Positions 36,290-50,744 are shown, numbered from the whole stretch's first letter. The stretch is 63,828 nucleotides of DNA, filler included, from Octopus bimaculoides (GCF_001194135.2; 7 parts of 6 records of this genome joined end to end with filler, not necessarily neighbours in it), one strand, 5' to 3'. Notes: generated from the letters alone by a model not told the origin. Program-made: numbers and translations.

Positions 36290-36715
36290 AACAGTGTTAA
36301 AATTACAGTTAGTCCTTCTAAAAGGCCAGTATTAATACGTTCAGTTAATCCTGCCATAATAATAATAGTAATCATACAGCTAATCTTGCAATAATAACGG
36401 TATTAAAATGTACAGTTAACCCTGCAATAACAACGCTGTTAAACTTATTATTTAACCTGCAATAATAAGTGTTAAAACTTAGAGTTAATCCTGAAATATC
36501 AGTATTAAACGTACAGTTTATCCTGAAATATTAAGTGTCAATTTGCAATAACAGTTTTAAAGTGAACATTTAATACTTCAATAAACAGAGTGTTAATACG
36601 TAGTTAATCCTCCAATAATCACAGTTAAACCAGAAAAAATAATAGTACTAAACCGTTGAGTTAATCTTGCAATAATTACAATGTTAAAACTTCTAGCTGA
36701 TCCTGAAATAACTTT
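36290..36715 (+). repeat. Degenerate minisatellite, ~33-36-bp unit, about 12 copies
   Basis: Recurring gtRttaaa...cagttaatcctgcaataa motif. Confidence 0.75.
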
Positions 36716-36856
36716 AATATTCAAAATAGAAAACAAATTTTCTGAAATGAAATGTTTTTCTCACAATCACAACGTTCCACTATCTTACGATCGCCAGTCT
36801 ATGAGCACAAACTACTAAGCCATGTACCTTTACCCATTCACTCACACACACATACA

Positions 36857-36897
<41 letters not shown>

Positions 36898-37649
36898 GCA
36901 CACAGAAAACTGTATGTTTACATTTGAAAAAATGGAGGAAATCCACAACTTTGAGAGGGCCCATATTTGAATTGATAAAATTTAAATATAGACACACATA
37001 GAGGGGCTCAGTATTAAACCGTTGAGTTAATCATGGTAAAAAGGATAATAATTCCAGACAGGTTTCAATCATATTACACCTCTTTAGTGTAGGCTAGTGT
37101 AATCCGTGATTACAAGGCCTAAAAATGAACTGAGAGTTTTAATTATTTTGCGAAATATATTCACTAAGTATAACGTTTAATATATAGACTACTGGAAAAC
37201 TTCTGAAGCGTGCTTGCTGCAGGAAAAAAGTATAATTAAAACTAAAATAAGATAATTAATTGTAGTGAGTTCAACATAATTTTAAAAGTTTACATCTGCA
37301 ATGAGAACAAGAGTCATTAATGCTAATGAAATTTTGAATCTTGTCGTGCATGAGCGACGTCGCTTTAACAATAGAGCGAAAGAGAAAAATACAGAATATA
37401 AAGTATATTCAATGTCCATGAATTACTTCATCATAAGTAGCGAATAGGGATGTAAATAGTTACATGGATTAATTAGCTATGACTATAATCAGACGCACAC
37501 AAATGCATATATATATATACATGTATATTTCTATTCATTTATAAATTTATATATAGATACATATATCAATGCATATATACATATATATATATACAATAGT
37601 ATAAACACACACACACACGCACACATACATACATACATACATACATACA

Positions 37650-37695
<46 letters not shown>

Positions 37696-38042
37696 NNNNN
37701 NNNNNNNNNNNNNNNNNNNNNNNNNNNNNNNNNNNNNNNNNNNNNNNNNNNNNNNNNNNNNNNNNNNNNNNNNNNNNNNNNNNNNNNNNNNNNNNNNNNN
37801 NNNNNNNNNNNNNNNNNNNNNNNNNNNNNNNNNNNNNNNNNNNNNNNNNNNNNNNNNNNNNNNNNNNNNNNNNNNNNNNNNNNNNNNNNNNNNNNNNNNN
37901 NNNNNNNNNNNNNNNNNNNNNNNNNNNNNNNNNNNNNNNNNNNNNNNNNNNNNNNNNNNNNNNNNNNNNNNNNNNNNNNNNNNNNNNNNNNNNNNNNNNN
38001 NNNNNNNNNNNNNNNNNNNNNNNNNNNNNNNNNNNNNNNNNN

Positions 38043-38077
<35 letters not shown>

Positions 38078-38339
38078 GATTATCTTTATACGTAAATGTA
38101 CACAAAACTGTGTGACTTCCTCAAAACTCCAGAGAACAATAAATCTCATTGGTGCTTCAATATAATTGTAACGAGCTGCGTATTGAATGGTAAAATTATT
38201 CATAGAGCGAGAGGAAAGTGAGGGGTACAGAGGCAGAAATAATGAATGAGAGAGGGAGTAGGGAATTTCGAATAGATATAAATATAACTACTACTACTAC
38301 TACTACTATAACTGCTGATGGTGGTGGTGGTGGTAGAGA

Positions 38340-38370
<31 letters not shown>

Positions 38371-38716
38371 AGTAGTAGTAGTGGTGGTAGTGGTGGTGAT
38401 GGAAACTGAAGAACGAAAAGAGATGAAATAAAAAAAAAGAAATAGTAAACGAACGATTATCCCTTTCCCATTTCTGTTTCTCTTTCCTTCTATTCGTACA
38501 TATGTTTTTATGTATGTATGCATGCATGTATGTATGTATGTATGTATGTATGTATGTATGTATGTATGTATATATGCAAGCATGCATGCATGCTTGTATG
38601 TGTGCATGTTTGTAAGTATGTATATATATATATATATGTCAATACGCACACACATATCTATGTATATGTATGTAAGTATGTATGTATGAATGTATGTATG
38701 TATGAATGTATGTATG

Positions 38717-38822
38717 TATCTCTTTTACCTTTTACTTGTTTCAGTCATTAGATTGCGGCCGTGTTGGGGTATCGACTGGTAGAAATTGTTAAACCTGATA
38801 TTTATTCTATCGGTCTCTTTCG
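38717..38822 (-). mobile_element. SINE family A tail fragment
   Basis: ttttacttgtttcagtcattagattgcggcc...tattctatcggtctcttt. Confidence 0.75.
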
Positions 38823-39134
38823 TATATATGTATGTATGTATGTATGTTACTGTTCTCTGTGTATTTTACTATTTCTTCTGTCTCTCTCCTCTCTCTCCAT
38901 GTCTTTTTCTCTCTCTTTGTCTCTATCTTCCTCTCTGTCTCTCTTTCTCTCTCCCTCTCTTTATGTCTATATATGTTTGTACATGTGTGCTTGTGTGTGT
39001 GTTTGTTTCTTCCTCAATCTCCGCTCTCCCCCATCTTTCTCTTTTTCCACATCATATGACTCAAACAAGCAATTTAATTTCCGTTTCCGCTCAACAAATC
39101 TGTATAAATCTTTTTTTTTATATATATTTTATTG

Positions 39135-39200
<66 letters not shown>

Positions 39201-39343
39201 TGTAATGTTATCCTCTTGATTTCGCGTTTTACTTCGTTGCTGTGGTTTTGTTTTGCGTATTCTTTTATGCATTCATATATTGCGTAAACAAAATGAAATC
39301 AAGACCCAACAACACACGAAAAACCTACCAATATTACTTCTCT

Positions 39344-39399
<56 letters not shown>

Positions 39400-40184
39400 T
39401 TGATGCTATTGCTGTTGCTGCTGCTGATACTCTTACTACTACTTCGAACCGCAAGCTCCTATTCAGTCGTCAACCCTGCTGAGGATAACAGCCACATCCC
39501 TGTCAAATCCCATCCTATTGTCTTAAAGAAAAAAGGATCAATCAGATAAATGATGTGTTGGTCACAAGTGGAGCATCTTTCATAAAATATCTACATAATG
39601 CATGATGACCAGCAGTTAGACAGGAACAATATATATATATATATATANNNNNNNNNNNNNNNNNNNNNNNNNNNNNNNNNNNNNNNNNNNNNNNNNNNNN
39701 NNNNNNNNNNNNNNNNNNNNNNNNNNNNNNNNNNNNNNNNNNNNNNNNNNNNNNNNNNNNNNNNNNNNNNNNNNNNNNNNNNNNNNNNNNNNNNNNNNNN
39801 NNNNNNNNNNNNNNNNNNNNNNNNNNNNNNNNNNNNNNNNNNNNNNNNNNNNNNNNNNNNNNNNNNNNNNNNNNNNNNNNNNNNNNNNNNNNNNNNNNNN
39901 NNNNNNNNNNNNNNNNNNNNNNNNNNNNNNNNNNNNNNNNNNNNNNNNNNNNNNNNNNNNNNNNNNNNNNNNNNNNNNNNNNNNNNNNNNNNNNNNNNNN
40001 NNNNNNNNNNNNNNNNNNNNNNNNNNNNNNNNNNNNNNNNNNNNNNNNNNNNNNNNNNNNNNNNNNNNNNNNNNNNNNNNNNNNNNNNNGGCAATAAAGA
40101 AATAATGTATATATTAACCAGAAAACTCCAAAAGTCCTCAATAATAATCCTTTCTACTAAAATTGTTGGGGAGTGGACTAATCG

Positions 40185-40345
40185 ATTTTATCCAACTCCA
40201 GTGTTTCACTGCTACTTAATTTATCGACCATAAAGGATGAAAGGCAAAGTCGACCTCGGCGGAATTTGAACTCAGAACGTAGCGACGGGCGAAATACCGC
40301 TAAGCATTTCGTCCAGCATGCTAACAATTCTGCCAGCTCGCAGAA
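40185..40345 (-). mobile_element. SINE family B
   Basis: ggatgaaaggcaaagtcgacctcggcggaatttgaactcagaacg...tgctaacaattctgccagctcgc; B-box-like gagttcaaattcc on minus. Confidence 0.85.
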
Positions 40346-41641
40346 TAATAATGATTCTTGATTTAACTACAAGACCAACAGCTTTGAGAGAGGAAGTCGA
40401 TGTCGTTTACTTCAAAATTATGAAAAGCAAATTTGACTTCAGCAGGTACAGAGACGAAAGAAATACCGCAAATCATTTCTTCCGTCGCTCGAATGATTTT
40501 ATCAACTCACCAATAATATCAATACTTGACATGGTGGAAGGAGCTTGTTGTTATTTCAAAGGAACCGCAGTGCCAAAATGGTTAGTTTGGAAATATTGTA
40601 AATACTTCGTGAAGTTGGGAACGTGAGCCATTTAATTATCATATGTATATTATATTCATATTGTCATACTTTAACTCTTCTGTTTATAGTAACTACAGAA
40701 AGAAGTCGTTGTATGATTTGTAGACCAACTCGAAATAGTAGCTAAATCTCGCCCTATTCACATCGTGCAATCTTAAAATGTGACAGGACAACTGAATCAT
40801 ACAGTCAGTCATATATATCAGCAGAATGGTCACAGAGATGATATCTTTGATCATAAATTTGCTGAATTAAGAGTGGTAATCAGTAACAACAACGACGACG
40901 ACAACAACAATAACAACAGCAACATCAGCAGCAGTAGCAGCAACGACAAGTCTTTGTGCCGTTTTATTTTTACCTGAAGTACGTTCTCTGAAATTTCCTT
41001 CTTACAAATTATTGATCAACTCCGCCTAATTACTGTCCACCTGCACTTGATCTAACGATTAGTTTATTGTATTAATGGTCCCACAATCGGTAAATTCACT
41101 TACTCTAGATTTCCGTCCGAATTCTCATGTAGAGTCGTTTCTTTTGTTTTTCTATCAGATATTTAACAGTCCTGAGATTTCTACTTGATACTAGAACATT
41201 CGAATGTTCTTGCAGTTGATAAAATCCTTGATAATTTATGTCGTATGTTTCGAGTGGTTATCATACTGAAAAATCCTCCACTGACCCAGATAATTCATGT
41301 TACATTAAAATATAGTCTTCTCCAAGATCTTCTGATAACGTTGTGTTAACAACAAATAAGATGAGGACAAATATCCGTCAATTGTAAATAATGTAAATAA
41401 TGTATCTTCAGGTAAGTTGTACTTTAAAATATTTTTCTTTTCTAAAATACAACCCTCCACAGCATAACATCACCACCACCCCACTTAACTTCTGATTTCA
41501 TGCCCTCTGAGTGAAATTCTTCTTCCGTTCTTCTTTAGATGAATAAATTAATTTCCCACTCATTTTGCCCCACAAGATTTTCGTTAATTTGACGAACTCT
41601 ATTTCCTACATTTCCAACCGAACTTAATGCAGATTCGTCGA

Positions 41642-41672
<31 letters not shown>

Positions 41673-41719
41673 CATACATACATACATACACACCTACACA
41701 CACATACATACATACACAC

Positions 41720-43040
41720 ATATAAAGAAAATTTGAATCTCAGAACTCTCTGCATTCAATAAAACTGGCTTACAGTGTGTTTGCAATGTCAGTACTCATA
41801 CCAGCATTCGGGATGCTTAATTGGACGCTTGATGAGATCCGAACCATTGATGTGAAAACCCGAAAAAGACGAATAAGCATCATAATTTCCACATAAACAG
41901 TGACGTAGACCACCTCTACCTAAAACGTACACAAGACGGCACAGGCTTAACATCGATCCAAAATGCCTTTGAATGTCGCATCATATCCCTTCGGCAGCAT
42001 CTTTTAACCAACAAGTGTCGAAGTGCATCCCTTGACCAAGTTTACATACATGAGGCTGATAACATCATAAGACTTGGAAGGCAACTCTTTATCTGATAAC
42101 CTAGAATACATGCACAAAGAAGTCGCACGACTCTACCGCAACATATCATCAGAAAAGATGAGCCTATATGAGCAGAAGACTATGCATGGATATGTTAGTA
42201 GAAAGTTCCGTGATGATAGTAACATCGATCATCAAAGCAGTTTATCATGGACGAATAGCCAGATTACTACCTCCCACTTTGAAGGGTATGCGTTTGCAAT
42301 CCAGGAACAGGAAATATCAACTAAGTACCTGATGCACAAAAAGGATAGAGATGCAGGAAAAGCCGTTAAATGTGACAATAAATGCAGACTTTGTGGAGTT
42401 CACATTGAAGATATCACGCACATCATAAGCAGTTGTCCAAAAAATTGTCATCACGGTATTATCTACCGATGAGATATGACGTTGTAGTTAGGACACTCTA
42501 TAATGAAATCCGTCGGAAGAATGATCCCGAGGACAAAGAAATAAAGCCCGACAATATGGTAGAAGCCATAGCCACTCATAATGAAAAGTAATACTGGTGG
42601 AATGTACCAGTGAAGACCTCAATAAAATGCAAATGCAACAAACCTGATATAATGATTTGGGATAGAGAAACGAAATTGTGCACAGTTGTGGAAATTTGCT
42701 GCCCAGCGGATGTTAACATAAAGCTGAAGATCAGTGAAAAAGAGAAGACCTATGCTGAACTATTAAGAAATCTGCAGTTACTCTATCCAAATCACAAGTT
42801 CACGTCTATACCTGTAATTATTGAGGCCTATATACCACTGCCTAAATAGAAATCTTGAGAAATTAGGCTTCACAAACTCAGAAAGGAGAAAGCTAATTCG
42901 AAGATTACAGATCCAATCCATCACTGGAACTGTAAATATCTGTAAAACTTTGCAGAAGTTTAACATTTAAATATATATGAGCAAGCCTAGATATGTAACT
43001 ATATGCATGGGAATACATACATAAAACATAGAAATCTGTG
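41720..43040 (+). mobile_element. R4/Dong-clade LINE, 5'-truncated (RT C-terminus, CCHC finger, RLE), flanked by (TACA)n
   Basis: SELSAFNK...LIPAFGMLNWTLDEIRTID...HINSDVDHLYLKR; CRLCGVHIEDITHIISSC; KPDIMIWDRETKLCTVVEICCPAD. Confidence 0.9.
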
Positions 43041-43081
43041 CAATCATACATATATACATACGTACATACAAACATACATAA

Positions 43082-43112
<31 letters not shown>

Positions 43113-43931
43113 CGACATACATACACCACACACACACACACACATATATATATATANNNNNNNNNNNNNNNNNNNNNNNNNNNNNNNNNNNNNNNNNNNN
43201 NNNNNNNNNNNNNNNNNNNNNNNNNNNNNNNNNNNNNNNNNNNNNNNNNNNNNNNNACTGATAGACAGACAGACCGACCGATAGACAGAGAGATAGATAG
43301 ATAGAGGAACTATTAGAGAAACAGCGAGACAAGTATATGCACAGAGAGATAGGCAACATGACAAACAGATAAAACTAGAGGAAGAAATAGATGTGTAGAT
43401 GGGTAGCTAAGGCAGATAAGGCGATACATGATGAGCATGCTCAAATTACACTTTAATTAATTTGTTTTGGGATACAAAAACACTTTTAATTTCCAAAGCA
43501 GTCTTCAGTGTATTGCTGTTATTGTTGTTGAGATGGGATTTGAAGGTGTGTTGAATCATCTCGTTGGCCACCCGAGCCCGGGTACCTTTCTCCTATATTC
43601 TATTACAGTTACAGCAATAAGCTGAACAAACAAACAGTCGTAGTGGAACATACAACGGTTACATTGAACAGATGTTACATTTACAACATTCTGTCTGTCC
43701 TCACTGGATTCTATCTTCGTTGTTGTTTGTTTTGAAATGTCCTTCTAGATTTAGCCGCCGCCGCCGCCGCCACTACCACCGCCACCACCACCACCACAAC
43801 TACCGCTGCCTCCACCGCCACCCATTTCCATTCTACCTTTTTTACTTTTCACAATTTTACTTTCTCTCTTTCTCAATCCAGCACATCACTGTTTTCATTC
43901 TACAAGCTAGCGCACGCACGACACATGGGCA

Positions 43932-43966
<35 letters not shown>

Positions 43967-44200
43967 ACACACAAATGCATGCATACACACGCACATACAT
44001 GTGCACATAAGATGTCTATGTCTTACACATATTTTTCTCTCCCTCAAACACATACATGTGTAGAAGTATGTATCCATGAATGCACGCATATGTGTGTATG
44101 TATATACTCACACACACACGCATATATATATATGCTTACATGCATACACAGATGCACACATATCTATGTATATATATCTGTGTGTATATATGTACATGCG

Positions 44201-44243
<43 letters not shown>

Positions 44244-44267
44244 TATATATATGTATGCATATGTTTA

Positions 44268-44300
<33 letters not shown>

Positions 44301-45888
44301 CTCTCTCTCTCAATATATATATATATACACCTACACATATACATGTATGTTAAAATCTGTTTAGGAGACATTGGTTTGCTCGAGCGATTTAAAATTTTCC
44401 CATTTTTTTCTTTTTTCACCAAATTTGTTGGTTTTACTTTTTCACTCCCCTTCCATCTCTTCATTCCTCCACCTTCCTTCTTCCTCCTCCTCTCTTTTCC
44501 TTTCTCCTTCATTCTTCTTTTCTTTCTCTGTCGCAGACAAGAGAATTCTTCCTAAGACCAGCTGCATTCTTATGAATATTCCAGCTGAACCAAATAGACG
44601 TTATAGGTTATTATAATGTGTTTTAAGAAAAGGTGATATGGCATAAATAATATACTGTTTATCATGTGACAATATCGTTTTATCACTGTATACACAAACA
44701 GTGTCTAGACCAGCTGTAATTGCAATGATGAACAGATTTCACGCCATCCAATTGTTATGCATCACCCTAACCATACTAAAATACAAACGCATTAGCATTT
44801 CTTACGATAGAATAGAGAGGTGCAATTGATTTAATGGTGTATCGGCTTTGTTCCAATTGTTTTTATTGAAACCCGATCCTGGAAGAGATGAATTCTTCAT
44901 TTTCTTTTTTTTTTTCTTTTTTTATTTCAAATGCTTTAGATTGCCATGAATATAAGGATAATGAAGAAACCCATAGCTGTTTTCAAACTCTCTCACTCGA
45001 GAGTCGCGTGGTTAAACAGTAAGCTTTGCAATAGCGATGTTTTGGGTTCGGTTCACCCAGTGATGACTGGCACTTTAGGCAAATGTATTCTGCTAAAGCA
45101 GACCAAAACCTGGGGAGTAATACTGAGTCAAAGAAAGGACCGTGGAAGCTCGTTGGGTGTCATGTATTTGTGCTTCGATGGTAGGCCTAATCCTTCACAG
45201 TGTTAAAATTACCATTGTTTTGCAAGAATTGAGTCTAGATTGTTCATTTTTGTGTCACTCCTGCCAACCAGTCTCAAGAGATCAGCTAAAAGATAATAAG
45301 CAACTCCTAAACTCATCTATATTTACTAAATTCGGAGATAGCCAAAATCCCCACAAGAAATAAAACAAACCATCGGCATTTGAGCCATCACGGCAATTTG
45401 GTTGTATGTATCGGGCTTTTATTAATTGCTTTAGGTATCTCCAAAAACACAATCTTTCAGCTTTCTCCACTCTAGATCCAGTAAGATATCGAGGTGGACG
45501 TGACAGCGGGAGTGAGAGAAGACTGTGTTAGCACAGAAAGGCACTAACACCAACCTGTACTTACAACGGACTGCACAAGCACAGGCATTAGCACCGTATT
45601 GTATTCGCTTCAGTCTTTACAAGCACCAGAGTACAATAGCACCGAAGATTGCTATTTGATTTATCGGATCAGAAAGAATGGATGGCAAATTTCACCATGG
45701 AAGAAATATCAACACACATTCAAACGACTATTTTTGGTTTTTATTCTGTCGTTTGCCGGTGTAAAGACTGCTGACTATACGCCCCCCTCCCCACCATTTC
45801 ATGTTACCTGCCGGTAACCTGAATTCAATTTCATATTAAGCCCTTGGGTTAGATCAAATCTTGTTCCATATATCTTGTTCCATATGCT

Positions 45889-45970
<82 letters not shown>

Positions 45971-46467
45971 AAGGATTGATTGTGATAAATAAATAAATAA
46001 CTAAATAAATATTCTGAAATTATATGCGGTGAAATGAAATTACCTTTCAGCTACCACCCAGAGGTAATTTGAAATCGATTTAACCTTACCTCTTGGTAGT
46101 TTGAACACGATTTTAACCCCTACTGGGTGTGAGGGATATATGGTGAAGCGGGTGTAATTTAAAATCATTACATCCAGTAATATTTGTAGAATATTAATAA
46201 CCAATCTCGGCAGCGTGAAGTGAATTACAGATCATCCTGGGGATCATCCTGGGGATATAAAAATAAACAGCTTATAATAGCAGAAACAAATTATAGCATT
46301 TAATTTTATCAGATGTAATAGTAGGAACTGTGTAATGGAATCACTAACGTTGTTACTCATGCAGCGATAGACACATGGCTAGTGTCATGTTGGTGTCCCT
46401 AATTGGTGACTGATCGTAACAAATATATATTACAATAGAATTTTAGTATTTACCTCATAATAGTTAT

Positions 46468-46843
46468 CTTTTACTTGCTTTAGTAGTTTGACTGTGACTA
46501 TGCTGGGGCACCACCTTGAAGGGTTTTATTCGAATGAATCGACCTCAAGACATTTTTTTAAAGCCTGGTACGTATTCTATCGCTCACTTTAAACCAAACC
46601 TCTAAGTTACGGGGACGTAAACACCCCAACACTGGTTTCAAGTGGTGCAGGGAACAAAACACAGAGACTGCACAGATATAAACATATATATACGACGGGC
46701 TTCTTTCAGTTTCCGTCTACCAAATCCAATCACAAGGCTCGAGGCTGGAGCAGAAGACACTTGCCCAAGGTGGGCATGTGGGACTGAACCCGGAATCATG
46801 TGGTCGGGTAGCAAACTTCTTACCACACAGTCATACCCGCGCC
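46468..46843 (-). mobile_element. SINE family A, near full length, diverged
   Basis: Aligns tail to head with other copies; short internal microsatellite. Confidence 0.85.
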
Positions 46844-47499
46844 TATTATACTCAGAGATTTTCTTTAGATACGTAGATAATTTTGAGAAAGAAAGTAACT
46901 ATAAATGACTGAATAGACCTCAGTATATTTATTTATCGAAATCGGTTTTACGTAGTAACTGACAATAAATAAACTGTACCAAATACGGTTAAACATTTAG
47001 TCCTCTGCCCAGCCGTTTCTTTAACTATGACTGTATTACAGAAATAGTCTGAATACAGAAGTAGTTAGAATACGTGGAAACTCTTAGTTTAAAACCACCT
47101 CTTATAGAGGTTCAGTTATTAACTTATTTTCTCAAGAGATACGTCTAGAACTTTTTTGAAGAAGATTCACTTCTGTCGCTTCAGAAAACTTATTTCTCTT
47201 GTTAGTAACAATTTCAAAAGATTCCAAGAATCTTGAGAGCTATAGCTGTTTACGCATTTCTTCGTGTTTCTATTCTTTCTTCATTATTATTATCTTTATT
47301 ATCTATGGTTTGCGAAATGAATCACTAGCTCCATTTCTTCAAATCAAAAAATAGAATTAAGAATAACTAGGAAAATACACACACATACACACAAAGCAAA
47401 AGTCAATACGAAAGTTTCTCTCATGGTAACTGCCGCGTTATATTTTGTCCTAATACAACATGTTTAAGTAGAGATAAGTATATACTCCCAGTTTTAATG

Positions 47500-49176
47500 T
47501 TGCCTCTATGGCTAATGAATATTTTTTAACAAGCCCCTTGCTAATTGCCACACCAGCGCCTTGTCCGGTGCTGCCCATTTTGAATAATCAGATTTTTCTA
47601 AAACTCCCAGCTTTCCTAGCCTATCTAATTCCTCGCCGACTTGATTCAATACTGCGAAAGGTAGGACTTCGGTTTAAACACCGGTACGGCGTTTTATTTT
47701 TCTTGAAATTTTACTTTTGTCTTGGTGCACCTACCTAATTCTTCTGAAAAAAAAACAAGAGGAAAAATCTTTCTTAATTTCTTTTTTAAATCTTCCAACG
47801 CCTTACCCGACGCGTTATAACCGTTTACATTATTTCAAAAAATTCCATAAATTCTAAAAAGTTCCATAAATTAAACAATTCTATCCAGTCTGTGTCAAAA
47901 AGGTTCGTTGTATTTTTTGATACAAAAACTTGAGCCTTCAAAGTTTTCCCCTGAAATGTTACCTTACTGATCATTTCGCCCAAAAATCGTAATTGTTTTC
48001 TCGCCATTTTCGCAGATATTTTCAATGTAGGCCTTCCTATTTTCTCCATGTATCCTCATGAATTATTGTGATGGCACTACCTGTGTCCAACTGTAGTCTC
48101 GTATTCACATTATTTATTTTTATAGAAACAAATTTTCTTTTTTGTGCCTCGTTTCGTATTTGTGTTGACAATACTTTTTTTTCTCAATTTTTTTCCGTTC
48201 GACCTCTTTTCTTTCACCCAACAATATGAATTCTTCTGTCAAATTTTCCCACATCCAAAACATTTTAGATTATTAAAAAGACATTTTCTTTTGAAATTGT
48301 ATTTCTCCACATCCATAACATGGTTTAGGTCTTGACGGTTGTTTTTCTTTTTTCGTATCTGTTACAGGTCGGCACGTATGTATATTTGAATAATCTTTTT
48401 CAATTTTTTCTGCGTCCTGTCGTAGATTTATAATTCTTTGGCATTCTTCAGCCACTATTTGTAGAGTTAGTTTTGAATTTAGTTCAAGCTTCGTCAATAT
48501 TCGAGCCCTTATCTCTGCATCTTTACTTGCTGTTAATCCTTGTACGAAGATTAAGCATTTAAATATGTCCGGGCTTAATTCGTTGAGTTTAAATTTTTCA
48601 CATTCTCTATTTACGATTCTGGCATACGTGACGAAATTTTCCGTTTCTTCTTTTTTACAAATTCAAACACTCCTAGTGAATATTAAATAGTGAACTTCTT
48701 TCACTGAATATTCTAAATAATCGCTTAATTGTTTCTTCGAAGCAAGTTTCGGGTGGTTTTCTCGGAAAGATGTAATTACACAACTTTTCATGTTCTACTG
48801 GTGATAATTTCCTTAAAAGAAGACGTACATTCTTTTCGTCCGTCCAGCTTTTACACTCTTTCTTGAAGATTCCTTCATAACTTCTGAAGTATGCAGAAAA
48901 CGTAATCCCTTCCTCCGGATTACACGTGAATTCTTCAATTAAATTAGCAACCGCGTCTGCCGAAAACGAACCTGAAGTGTTTTCTAACTGCAAAATTAAT
49001 TCGAACAACTGTTGATTTTGATGTTGTTATTGTTGCTGCTGCTGCTGCTGCTGTTGTTGTACATGTTCTTGCTGTTGCTACTGTAGCTGCCATTGCAACT
49101 GTTGCATCTGCTGCTGCTTTTGTTGTTGTTGTAGTTGTCGTTGCAACTGAACTACGGAAGCTAATAGGTCTTCCAT
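47500..49176 (-). pseudogene. Gypsy/Ty3 (K02A2.6/Mag-like) gag-protease-RT start, disrupted
   Basis: ATG at 49176 followed by a Q-rich N-terminus, FSADAVANLIEEF...LLLRKL (gag), two CX2C knuckles (CYGCG, CFGCG), LQLDTGSAITII (DTG 48079-48087), GEELDRLGKLGVLEKSDYSKWAAP (RT start). Confidence 0.9.
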
Positions 49177-49207
49177 GCTAAGAACATCCACTGTGAGCTT
49201 TGAATGT

Positions 49208-49217
49208 CTCGTCGCCA
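49208..49217 (-). mobile_element. Primer-binding site TGGCGACGAG
   Basis: One nucleotide downstream of the LTR end; begins with TGG (complement of tRNA CCA). Confidence 0.75.
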
Positions 49218-49218
49218 C

Positions 49219-49483
49219 TGTTGTGTCTCATCGACACTGTTATGTCCTTCTTTGAACTCCCTGTATATGCCACATTATGACGTGGACTTGTAACCAGGCT
49301 AAAACAATACAAATATAAATCAGAAACAATACGTAAAAGCAATATCTCGTCACAACGACTTCTACGACTGTCTTCACAAACCACCTGCACACACCACACT
49401 GTCCCACTAACAGTGCGCATGCGCCTTTATACGGTTTAGGACAATGACTTGTTATCCCACAGAGGTGTTAGGATTTCACAACA
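49219..49483 (-). mobile_element. Gypsy 5' LTR, 265 bp
   Basis: TG...CA ends with 7-bp inverted termini TGTTGTG/CACAACA, internal TATAAA, adjacent PBS; no second LTR in the window. Confidence 0.8.
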
Positions 49484-50125
49484 ACAATAAGTGACCAAAA
49501 TTAATCCCCCAAGAACATATATACAACTATAACACAGATGTGTAAGCATTCCACTCCATCACCCCCAAATATATATATATATACACATGTATAAATATGT
49601 GTGTCTATGTATATATACACACACGCGCGCGCACCCCCCCCCCACATATATATACATNNNNNNNNNNNNNNNNNNNNNNNNNNNNNNNNNNNNNNNNNNN
49701 NNNNNNNNNNNNNNNNNNNNNNNNNNNNNNNNNNNNNNNNNNNNNNNNNNNNNNNNNNNNNNNNNNNNNNNNNNNNNNNNNNNNNNNNNNNNNNNNNNNN
49801 NNNNNNNNNNNNNNNNNNNNNNNNNNNNNNNNNNNNNNNNNNNNNNNNNNNNNNNNNNNNNNNNNNNNNNNNNNNNNNNNNNNNNNNNNNNNNNNNNNNN
49901 NNNNNNNNNNNNNNNNNNNNNNNNNNNNNNNNNTATATACGTATGTATATATAGTTTACGTCATAAGAATTTAGAAACTATATTGAATCTGTATCCTGAT
50001 GATCTTTCTTGCAATCGCTCCACTTCTTGTAACCCATAACTATATTCACTGTATTTATGAAAGTGCCCTGCAGGCAATAATAAAAGAAATTCTTCTTCTT
50101 CTTCTTCTTCTCCTTCTTCTTCTTC

Positions 50126-50670
50126 AGTGAGAGGAGTGCATGCCATCAAAGTGACACTGGGGTACAAATATACGAAGCCCAATATACTCATCATGACTAC
50201 CCGTCTGATATGTGTACACCAAGCACATGCATAAGAGCCATATGTGCGTGACATGATAATCTCATACCAAGAGATAAACAGCGCATGACCTTGCAAGTGG
50301 AGCCCAGTTAGAATTTTCCTCAGGTCGAGGAGCCCATTCCGCTCAAAAGCTCCCTGAATAAGTTTTATTTTAAGGAAGATGAACAAAACACCCATGTTTC
50401 CAGAAGTGAATTATTCAAACTCCAATGAATTCCTCTCAATGCATGGCTATGATGCTACTTCTGCTCGTGATCAGAAACACACATATCGGCAGCCACTAAG
50501 GAACATGCTCAACTGGTTAAGGTCAAATAACTGACAAGCAAATCTGTGGTATTGAGCAGAATATTTGTTGTAGCCCATCTTTTATACCAAGACAAAAGAA
50601 TGTACATGGTAACATTTCCAATCAGTTAAAATTAGAAGCCATGAGAGCCATTGCCTGGTACATCAGGGCA
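50126..50670 (-). mobile_element. ~550-bp non-autonomous retroposon, copy 1, (GAA)n tail, (TAA)n upstream
   Basis: Aligns end to end with 51107-51661; no ORF homology and no A/B boxes seen. Confidence 0.8.
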
Positions 50671-50676
50671 TTATTA

Positions 50677-50744
<68 letters not shown>

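Noticed and set aside
37353-37364. Perfect 12-bp palindrome AGCGACGTCGCT
   Set aside because: Several 12-bp palindromes are expected by chance in this much sequence; no supporting context.
44520-44612. Candidate exon after tttctttctctgtcgcag
   Set aside because: The pyrimidine tract is low-complexity sequence, the donor is weak and no homology was recognised.
49990-50005. Lone CTGATGA hits (also ~1502 on the minus strand and 5659)
   Set aside because: No stem II followed by GAAA; several such 7-mers are expected by chance.
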